This document shows, one piece after another, positions 1 to 10,335 of a stretch of DNA of 64,000 nucleotides (positions are counted from its first letter, which is position 1; each line of letters begins with the position of its first letter). The translations under genes and the position numbers were made by a program. Location: NCBI GenBank assembly GCA_026936335.1, contig JAPMXV010000050.1, positions 124,001 through 188,000 on the forward strand. Reading direction: 5' to 3'. Under the pieces are notes generated by a model. The model did no database searches. It was not told the origin of the DNA and worked only from the letters and a program-made list of their open reading frames with translations. Origin of the DNA: Mantamonas sphyraenae STR306. Lineage: Eukaryota > Protista > CRuMs.

Positions 1-110
1 GCTGCTCAACCTATCAACTCCAAACCAGACCGAACACCAATTGCGGAAAACAATTCGCTGTTTTGACTCTGGGATTGACACGAAAAGCAAGAGAGAAGAG
101 AAGAATCAAG

Positions 111-3100
111 ATGCAAACCGCAACGTTGCTGCAACTTGTGGTTGTGCTGCTTGCGTGCAGCGTCGTGATGACGACGGCTGTGCCTGCAGCCAGTGTGTCG
201 TCCACGGCTGTGGGCGCCACGCAAACACTGAAGCAAGGCATGGTCGCGAATGGCTCGCCGTCGGGAGCGACGGAAAGCGAAGCGGCCGCGGCCGATGTCG
301 GCCTTGTGGATGTGCAAGACAACGAGCTGGACGAGCTCAACCAGGCCGCATCCGACCTGTCTGCACAGTCCAAGTTCTACCAGGACGACGAGCGCGACGA
401 CCCATTTGCCTCGGACTTGTCTGGTGAGTGTGTGTGGGCAACGCGGCGGGCGGCAAACGCGGGCGCCGGCGAGAGGGGATTTGGCGTGGTGATTTGCAAC
501 GGACCGTACGGCTGACACACATGGGCACAGACTTTGACGAGTACGAGGAAGAGGTGTCCGACCCGACGACCGAACAGGCCGAGGCTGCGCTGACATCTGC
601 CGAGCCAGACAGCTCCATGGAGGTAAGCCTTTTCTTGAGGAAACTGCGCGTTTCCACCGTGCCCCTTTTTTTTCCGAGCGCCAAACGGCATTGTGCACGC
701 AGCTTGCGGCGGGTACGCTTGTAGCAGCGACGCATGGACAGGAGCAATGTGTGCACACTGGATGTGTGCAGCGTGTGTGCAGGTCGTGCCGGCGTGCAAG
801 TGAACGTGGGATGCGGCAGGGCGGAAGGGAAAGGCCAGCGGATGGCATCTGTTTTTTTTTCGCCAGCCCCAAATTTCAAGAGTCTTGTTTTCTGCTGTCG
901 AGGCAATCGAAGCTGACACGGGAAAACGCAGGACGTGGACACGAGCGACGAAGAGGTGGAGGACGAGGCCGCGCGCAAGTTGCGCGACGAGTACCGCCAT
1001 TGTGACAGCAAGGGCAACCACCGAGCGTGTGTGTGTCTGCGCAAGATTCACACGCCCGTGCCTCGACCCGGAAAGCCCGCAAAGCCCCAGTGGGTGCTTG
1101 CGAGCAAGTATGCCAAGCGCGTGGTCAAGCGCACGGCCAGGAGCCAGAAGAAGCGTGCCAAGCGCGCTGTGAAGCGTCGTGTCAAGTAGGTTTTGCGGAT
1201 GGAGAATGCGGCGAGGAAGGAGATGGCAAGCAGGCACTCACACACACTCTCTCTCCCTCTGGTGTCTGTGCAGGAAAATGACGCTGCTGACAGCCGAGAT
1301 CAAGACTGTGCAGAAGACGCGTAAGTTGAGGCAGAAGAATTGTGCTCGTGGGGACTGCTGAAGAAGATGGAAGATGCACAGACACTCACACGACGAGGGA
1401 TGACGACGTGTCACAGTCAAGGTGTGGAAGAACAAGAGCAACCAGTACGGACGCACGCTGCGTCTGCAGCGTAGTCAGCGACGTGCGTCGCGCAAGATCT
1501 ACCAGAGACTGCGCAAGGACCGCAAGCACGCCAAGCTGGCGCGTGCTGAGCTGGGTCGCTTCCGTGCACTCACGCGAGCAATCAAGACGTCGCGTGCGCG
1601 ATATGTAAACGCACGTCGCCGCCTGCGTGCGCTGCGCCAGCGCGTGTCGCTGTACCGCCGCGCAAGCCGCTTTGGATGCAAGGTGCCCACGTCGGCAACC
1701 AAGGCCAAGGGAGCACGCCGTGCAGCGCTGTTGAAGCGCTTTGCACGCAAGTGCAAGCTTGTGATGCGACGCAAGAAGCGACGTGCGCGCCGACGCCTGC
1801 GCAGCCTGGCTCGAAAGCAGGTTGCGCGCTGCCGGCGCAGCCGAGCGTCGTGCCGACGCCACCGCGCGCTTGTGCGCAAGTACAGCCGCGCAGCGAGTGC
1901 GCAGCGCCGTGTGGCGCGCAAGTGGGGCCGCAAGAAGCAGTACAAGCGAGCTGCGGTGCATACGCGCCGTGCGGCCGCGCTGACGAAGCGCTTGAAGGGA
2001 GCACGCAGCCTGTTGCGCTCGTGCCGCTCTGTGATGACGCGTTGCCGACGCCGCGTGCGCCTCGCCAAGCGTGCACGCCGTGCACGCTGTGTGATCAACC
2101 GACGCGCGCGACGCAACCGCAAGAGTCTGCGCCGCGCACTTGCTGTGTGCCGCCGCAAGCGTGTGGTGCGTCGCCGACGCCGTGCAAAGGCCCTGCGCCG
2201 CCGCTTTGTGCAGCTGCGCCGCCGTAGTGCGCGCCAGGCTCGCCGTCTGCGCCGCCTGGCAAAGAAGGCGAGCAAGAGCCTGCGTGCAGTTGCACAGCGT
2301 GCTCGCGTGGCTGTGCTTCGCCGCAAGCAGCGATTGGCAGCCAAGGCTCGCCGCCTGGGCTGCAAGTACGTGCGCGTGCCTGCCATTTCCGCACGCATGC
2401 GCTCGTGGAAGCTGTTTTACCGCCGCTGCCGCCGCAAGGCGCTGGCTGTGCGTCGCCGACGCCGCAAGGCTCTGCGCCGACGTGCACGCCGTGTGCCGAA
2501 AAAGGTGCGCCGTTTCGTGCGCGCCGTGCTGCGACGCAAGTGCTTCGGCGTCAACGCACGCATGCCCGGCGCCAAGGCGTCTGTGGCAGCGTGGCGCAAG
2601 TACTGGGTCAAGTGCCGCGCCAGCAAGAAGCGCCGTGTGCAACGACGCACGCGCAACGTGCGCCGTCGCTTCCGTGCGATCAGCAAAAAGACAAAGGCAG
2701 CCATGCGTGCGTGGAAGGGCGCGAGCGCATTCTGCCGCGGCCAACTGGCTGCGATGGAGAAGAAGACGGCGGCCATGGACAAGAAGGGCCAGTTTACGGC
2801 TGCGCTGGCGTACCAGAAGGCTGCGCTGACCAAGCTGCAGGCCAACAAGAAGTGTGCCAACATCCTGGCTGTGCGCCAGCGCAACCGCGACGCACAGAAG
2901 CTGGCTGCCCTTGTGACCAAGAGCATCCGCCTGGGCTGCCGCCGTGGTGCGCCGCACAAGGCGTGGAGCCCGTCCAAGTGGGCGGCCTACCTGCGCAAGT
3001 GCAAGGCTCGTCGCTACCTCAAGACACTGCGCAGCACATACGCACGCACGATGCGCACTGTGCGCAACCTGCGCCGTCGTAAGCGCTACACCGCGAGCGT

Positions 3101-6100
3101 CAAGGTCACTCTGCGATCCCTGCGCCGCCGCGCACACTCGCTGCGTGCCAAGATTGCACGTGTGCTGCGACGCAACGTGCGCCGTCTGCGCCTCAAGCAG
3201 AAGCGTGTGCGTCGTCGCCTGCTCGGCCGCCGCCATGTGCGTCGCCGTCGCCGTGCCCTGCGCCGTGTCAAGCGACGCATCCGCGCCGCAGCGCGCAAGG
3301 CACGCGCTCTGCAGCGCAGCCGCCGCCGTTCGCGTGCGCAGGCGTTTGCACGCCGTGTGAAGCGATGCCGCCGTGGCCTGCGTGTGTCCAAGCGCAGCCT
3401 GGTGGTGCTGAAGCGCCGCCTGCGCAAGCTTCGCCGTCGCCCTGCACGTGTCCAGCGCCTTGTGGCACGCAAGCTCAAGATTGTGCGCCGCCGTGTGCGT
3501 AAGTACGCCTCGTGTGTGCGCCGTACGGTGCGCGTTCAGCGCATCACGCGTCGCCGTGCGCGCCGCGTCAACGCCAAGCGCCGTGCCAGCCGCCGACGTG
3601 TGTTGGCTCGCCGTGCACGCCGCCTGCAGCGCAAGCGTGCGCGTTTGGCACGCCGTGCGCGTGGCCGCAAGGTGACGCGTGCTGCCAAGCGTGTGGTACG
3701 CCGCCGCCTGCGTCGTGTGGGCCGTGCGGCACGCCGCATCGAGGCGCGTCTGCGTGCCTCGCGCCGCCGTGAGCGCAAGACACTGCACAAGCGTGTGGTG
3801 CACTGGCGCAAGCGCATGCGTGCAGCTGCACGTGCGCGCCGCCAGTGTGTGCGCCGTTTCCGTCGCCATCGTGCCAAGCGCACGCGCTGCCTGCGTGCCA
3901 AGGCGGCCACGGTCAAGCGCATGCGTGCACGCTACGCCGCCGCACGCCGTGCGCTGCGCATCAAGGCAAAGAAGCACTCTGCGGTGCGCTTTGTGCGACG
4001 CAGCGTGCGTTTTGAGCGCCGTTTGCTGCGCAAGCGTGCGCGCGCACGACGTGCGCTGGCCAAGGCCAAGCGTGCCAAGAAGGCAAAGAAGACGAAGAAG
4101 ACGAAGAAGCAGAGCAAGACGGCAGCCAAGCGTGTGAAGCAGGCGCGTGCCACAGTGCGCGTGCTGACAAAGCGTCTGCGCAAGGTGCGCCGCAACCGCG
4201 ACCTGGTCGAGGTGAAGCTGCGCAACCGCCTGTACCGCATGCTGCGTGCGTTGAACAAGTCGATCGCACGCTGGCGTGTGACGGTGCGCCGCAGCAGCGG
4301 ATACCGCGCACGTGTGTCTGCTGGCTTCCGCCTGGCGCTGCTGTTGCAACAGCGCGTGACCCTGACCGCACGCATTGCGGCCAGCAAGGCACGCACGTAC
4401 CGCCGCCGCCGCGCACGCTACATGGCGCTGGCCAAGGCGACCAAGAGTGCCAAGCGCCGTGTGGCTCTGGCCAAGAAGAGTGCCGCGCTGCGTAAGCAGT
4501 GGGCCAAGTGGCAGGGTGTGTTTTGGCGCCAGTCGACGGCCACACTGCGACGCATGTCGTGGACGCTGAACCAGCTGCGTCGCGAGGCCAAGGTGCTGCA
4601 GCACACGCTGCTGACGCTGAAGACCAAGATGGCCAAGGCAGGCACGAGCAAGCGTGCGCTGTCGGCGATGGGCAAGGAGTACACTGCCCTGCGCCAGCAG
4701 CTGGCCTACAAGCACAAGCAGATCCGCGCCTACGCCAAGGTGGTGGCCAAGCGCAGCCGTGCGCTGGCCGCAAGCAAGCGCCGCACTCTGAAACGCACGC
4801 TGGGCCGCTGGAAGCGCGCCTTTGCACGCCTGCAACGCAAGCAGCGCAAGATGCCGGCCAAGAAGTTTACCGCCCTGCGTGCACGCATGCTTGCGCGTCG
4901 CAAGCGCCTGCTGCGCCGCCGTGCCAAGCGCGTGCGCCGCAGCAAGCGCGTACGCAAGGCTCGCAAGGTGATGCGCCGCGTGCGCAAGGTTGCACGACGC
5001 ACGCGTCGCCGCATCCACAAGGCCCAGCGCAAGCTTGCGCGTGTGCTTCGCCGTCGCCGCGGTCTCAAGATCAGCCGCGCCCGATTCAACTTTCTGCGTG
5101 CGCGATTGGCCAAGCAGCTGATGCGCAAGAGTGCACGCAAGGCCAAGCGCCTGGCACGCCGCACCCACCGTGCGCGTCGCCAGCTGGCCAAACTCGTGCG
5201 TGCACGCGCTCGCGCCAGTGTGCTGCGCCGTGCGCGTCGCTTGTTGCGCACGCGTGCCAAGCGACACGCGCGCGCCGCGGCCCGCCTGCGCAAGCGCTTT
5301 GCTCGCCGTCGTGGCTGGCTCGCACGTGTGCGTCGCCGCCGACGCAAGGGCCGCCGCGTTCAGGATTCGGAGGACGACGCGTTTATCCGCAAGCGCTTTG
5401 CGCTGCTGCGTCGCCTGCGTGCACGCCTGCGCAAGGCGAAGCGCGTGCGCCGCGTGCTGCTGAAGAAGCGCAAGACGCGACGTGCGCGACGTGTCCTGCG
5501 ACGCACGCGCCGTCGCAAGCGTGTGTTGGCGCGTGCGCAGCGCAAGCGCCTGCACCGCGTGGTGTCGTGCCGCTCGACGGGCGATCCGCACTACACCGCA
5601 TTTTCGGGCAAGCACTTCAACGTGTACGGCAAGCAGGGTGCGTTTACCCTGTTTAAGCTGGGCGACGTGCAGGTGGACACGACGCTCAAGTATGGAGCCA
5701 AGTGGGGCGTGCGAGGCCTCAACTCGCAGGTGACGGTGCGCACGGGCGGCCGCGCCACAACGTACGACGAGAACGGACGCTCTCGTGGCGGCGCACGCTC
5801 GATGCAGCTGCGCACACGCCGCGGACGCGGATCGGTGGCGTACTGGCTGCGCACACGTGCGGGCCAGCGCGTGCACGTGCGCCTGCAGTACGTGCGCGTG
5901 GCGTCGCGGTCCAAGAAGCACACGCGAGGCTACTACAACGTGTACGTGCGCACCGAGGCACGCTACGCGGCCAAGGCCACTGGGGTGTGCAACAAGCGCC
6001 ACGGCGCCATCTCGGCCCACGCACGCCGCTGGATTGTGCTGGCCACACGCATGCTGCGCAAGCTGTCGGCCACGCGCCGCAAGCGTGTGCGCCGCCGTTG

Positions 6101-9100
6101 CCGCGCGCGCACCAACGTGGCCTTTTACAACTGCGTGCGCGACTCGTGCCAGAAGCTGGCGTCTGTGGCCAAGCGTGCCAAGCGTGCACGCAAACTTCGT
6201 CGCCGTCGCACGCGTGCGCGCGCCGCACGCCTGCTGCGCATGGTGGCCCACATGCCGGACCGTGTGAGCATCCAGAAGCGCTGCCAGCAGCGCTACGCCT
6301 TCCTGCCGCTGGCTGCGGTGGGCAACAAGCAGACGGGCCGCAAGCTGGTGTGCCGCTCCACGGGCGATCCGCACTACCGCAGCTTCTACGGCCGCGCCTT
6401 TAACGTGTACGGCAAGCAGGGCGCCATGACACTGTTTGCCTACCGCAACGTGGCGGTGATCACCACGCTCAAGTACGGTGCCAAGTGGGGCAACCGCGGC
6501 CTGAACGCCGGTGTGCAGCTGCGTGTCAACGGACGCACGGTGGCCACGTACAACGACGTCTGCAAGTCGTCGGGCAAGCGTGCGTTCCGCATGAAGGGCA
6601 GGAGTGCCAACGTGACGCTGCGTGCCAACGACGCCTCCACCGTCAACGTCCGCCTCACCTGCCACCGCGTGGGCCGCAAGTCGGCCAAGCACACGCGTGG
6701 CTACTACAACGTGTACGTGTACGCGCGCGAGCTGAGCGTGCACACCGGCCGCGGTCTGTGTGCCAGCGGACGCGGCCGCTCCGTCAACGCCGCCCACTGG
6801 AAGCGTGCCACCAAGGCCCTGATGGCCAAGGTGACCGCGCCCATCCGCGCACGCATTGCCCGCTTCTGCAAGCGCTCGGCCTTCAAGACGGCCGTGCACT
6901 TTTACGACTGTGCCTACGACGTCACGCGAGGCCTGGCCAAGCAGACGCGCAAGCACATCCTGAAGCGTCGCAGCCGACGTGCCCAGCGCACAAAGGCCGC
7001 ACGCCGCTTCATCGCCCTCGTGCGCAACGTGACGGCGCGCAACCGCATCCACCGCCGCTGCCGCCGCTACAAGTGGGGCACCCTGCGCAAGCTCGCCTGC
7101 ATCCGCAAGCACGTCCGCGCCTGGCGCTCCCGCCGCGTCAAGAAGCGCAAGACCAACAAGAGGAAGACCAAAAAGCGTGCCCGCCGCAGCGGTGTCCGAC
7201 GTGCCCTCAAGAAGATGCTGCGTCGCCGTCGTCGTCGCAAGGCACGCAAGGCACGCAAGCTCAAGAAGCGTGTGCGTCGTCGTCGCCGTCGTCGTCGTCG
7301 TCGTGTCATCCGCCGCAAGGTGCGCCGTGTCAAGAAGCGTGTGCGTCGTCGCAATGCGCGTCGCCGCGTCTGGCGTGCCTTCAGGCGTCGCCGTCGTCGT
7401 CGTCTTAACCGTCGTCGTCGTCGCCGCCGCCGTCGCGGACGCGTGCAAGACTCGGACTCGGAGTCGCACCTGCGCGGCAAGCGCATCCACGTGGGTCGCA
7501 AGCAGGCCGGGCGTGAGCTGTCGTGCCACGCCACAGGCGACCCGCACTACCGCAGCTTCTACGGCCGCCGCTTTGACATCTACGGCAAGCAGGGCCGCCT
7601 GACTGTGTTCCAGTACCGCAACGTGAAGCTGGTCACCGTGCTCAAGTACGGCAGGCACTGGCGCAACCGTGGTCTCAACTCGCAGGTCGAGCTGACCGTG
7701 AGCGGACGCCGCGTGGGCACGTACAACGACCTGTGCCGCTACGGCGGCAAGGCTGCCTACCGCCTGCGTGGACGCAACGCCCACTTTTGGGTCACGGCCA
7801 ACAATGGCCAGCGCATCCGCGTGCGCATGAACTGCCGCCGTGTCAGCGGCGGCGGACGCCACACACGCGGCTACTACAACGTGTACGTGTACGCACGCGA
7901 GCTGGCGGCCCACGCGGCCGGCGGCGTCTGTGTCAGCGGACGCGGCAAGCAGGCCAACGGACGCGTGTGGATCCAGCGCATCAACGCAATCCTGCGCAAG
8001 ATGAACAAGGCCCAGCGCCGACACGCCGTGCGCATCTGCCGCAAGCAGCGCGTGCAGGTCCATCGCTACAACTGCATCTACGATGTGGCCCGCGGCCTGG
8101 ACCGTGCCGCCGCCAAGCACATTGCTGCGCGACGTGCACGCGAACGCAAGCTGCGCGCCGCCGCCGCTCGCGTGCTGGCCACCATTCGCAACCGCCGCCT
8201 GCGCGCACGCACACGCGCACACTGCCACAAGCGCTACGGCAAGCACGCACAGCGCTACCTGTGGTGTGTGCGCAAGCAGACGCGCAAGGCCATCCACACC
8301 GAACACCGCAGCCAGCTGTCCCGCCGCGTCACGTGCCACGCCACAGGCGACCCGCACTACCGCAGCTTTGCCGGGCGTCGCTTTGACATCTACGGCAAGC
8401 GAGGCAACATGGTGCTGTTCAAGTACGGCCCCGTGCAGCTCAGCACCACCGTCAACTTTGCCAAGCGCTGGCGCAACCGCGGCCTGCAGACAGGCGTCCA
8501 GCTGCGCCTCGGCGGCAAGCAGGTGGCCAGCTACGACACCAACGGACGCTACCGCGGACGCAAGGCCTACAAGATGGTGCGTCGCGGCAAGCGTGGCAAG
8601 GTGGCGTACACCCTCAAGGCACGCGGCCGTTCCATCCGCGTGCGCATCCACTACACCTACCTCGGCTACGGCGGCCTGCGCGGCTACTACAACGTGTACG
8701 TGGACACCCGCCAGTACGTGGCCGTCGCCGCCACGGGCATCTGTGCACGCGGCACGGGCCACCTGGCAAACAGCCCCTACTGGCGCACCATGGCCGCCGC
8801 CATCCTCAAGAAGCACAGCAAGGCCACGCGCGCTCGCTTTGCACGCGTCTGTGCACGCGTGCGCAGCAACGCCTCGCGCTACTACAACTGCGTGTACGAC
8901 GCCCACCAGGGCTTCCTGCGCGCAGCACGCGCACACGCCGCACGCCTGCGTGCACAGCGCAAGCGCTACCTGGCCGCCGCCCAGAAGCTGATTGTGCGTC
9001 TGCCCAAGCGCTCCCTGCGCGTGCGCACACAAACCTACTGTGCCAAGCGATACGCACGCCGCCACCACAAGAGCGTCGTCCACGCACGCCGCTACTACAC

Positions 9101-9998
9101 CTGCGTGCGCAAGCACTGGTCCAACTGGCAGCAGAAGCGCCGCCTGCTCATGGCTCGCCGCCGCTCCGTCGTCGGCTACACCAACTGTGTCGTCAAGGCC
9201 GTGCGTGCCTACCTGCGCCACAAGGCCACCGCCATCAAGCTGCACCAGCGTCGCGTGTGCACACGTGTGTACACCGGTCTCCGCGCACAGTGGCACGCCA
9301 AGTGGAGCAAGGCCCACAGCAACCACGCCCTGCTCCTCCACCACATCACACCGTGGATCCACAGTGCACGCGTGCGCCTCAACCGCCTCTGCATCGGCTT
9401 CCCGCGCCGACGACGCCACTACCTCAACGTCGTCGCCCGCTGGCGCCGCGCCTACCTGCGCATGGTTCGCCGCCGACGCATCCGCCACTACGCAACCTAC
9501 CGCCCCGTGGCCATCTGCCAGCGCCACGCACACATCCAGTACAAGAACCTGCGCACCTACGAGGAGATGAAGACCCTGCTCACGGGCAAGCACGCCCTCA
9601 GCACACGCTGCGGCGTCACCCACAAGTACGTCAAGTTTGCCTTCCGTGCCTCCAGGTACATCTGGAACCAGGTCGCCCTCAGCGAGCGCCACCTCAAGTG
9701 CTCCGCTTGCTTCAAGACACGCCCCCGCGGACCCAAGCGCTGGGGCTGCCTCGTCACCCTCTCCCGTGGCCTGCCCAAGACCTGCAAGACCACGGGCTAC
9801 CTCCTCAGGTACGCAAACTACGCCTACAACCGCCTCAGGCACTTCTTCAAGAACAACGCCGCCGCCATCGAACGCGACGCAGGCTACCGCACGCGCAAGC
9901 TCTTTAAGCGCGCCGTGCACAGGCTCAAGTACATGCGAGCCAGCTTCAAGCGCCTCCTTGTTGCCCAGAGCTGCAAGGCATGCGGAAGCAAGAAGTGA
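111..9998 (+). CDS. Giant secreted Arg/Lys-rich protein with acidic pro-region and four VWD-like (GDPH) domains, ~3095 aa; exons 111-423, 531-622, 932-1185, 1274-1320, 1417-9998
   Basis: Four GT-AG introns (donors gtgagt, gtaagc, gtaggt, gtaagt; all acceptors cag) join the exons in frame to 9288 nt. N-terminal hydrophobic signal MQTATLLQLVVVLLACSVVMTTA. Strong codon bias (AAG, CGC/CGT). Four C-x3-GDPHY repeats. Confidence 0.85.
5560..8905 (+). repeat. Four internal VWD-like domain repeats (~5560-6145, 6345-6925, 7515-8090, 8325-8905)
   Basis: Each has C-x2-TGDPHY-x2-F-x-G-x2-F-x2-YGK-x-G, then W-x2-RGL, RGYYNVYV, G[VLI]C and Y[ND]C-x2-D. Confidence 0.85.
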
Positions 9999-10335
9999 GC
10001 GCCGCACAGCTCGCCCACGGTCTTCTCCGCGTAGCGCACTCGTGTCTTTCGGTTTTTTGGCACGTGTGTCTGTCTGCACAGAGTCGACTGTGGCCAGTGC
10101 CTGTAGTGGCCCCGTCTGCCGCGTCGCCATCGATGGTTCGATGGTGCGGGGCGGATATTCGGAACCTCGCGACAACCCCTCGCCACGCTTGGCGCAAAAG
10201 CCAAGTGCGCGCACAGGATTCGCGAGCACACGCAGCGAGATGGAGCGTGTGCACAGTTGGGTGGGTGTGAGAGAGATTGCAAATGCAAATGCACAAGCAC
10301 GACTTGAACATCATTCTTCCTTCATTCCCCATTCC

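Noticed and set aside
1422-5350. Arg-rich frame as a spurious off-frame reading of GC-rich DNA
   Set aside because: The frame is continuous with the VWD-like domains, is Lys(AAG)-rich, has G/C-biased third positions, and splices in frame to a signal-peptide exon.
1386-10229. 2947-aa antisense ORF over the giant gene
   Set aside because: It is codon-aligned with the sense frame, so it stays open simply because the sense gene avoids TTA, CTA and TCA codons. It has no motifs. The same shadow ORFs occur over dynein, CLC and RACK1.
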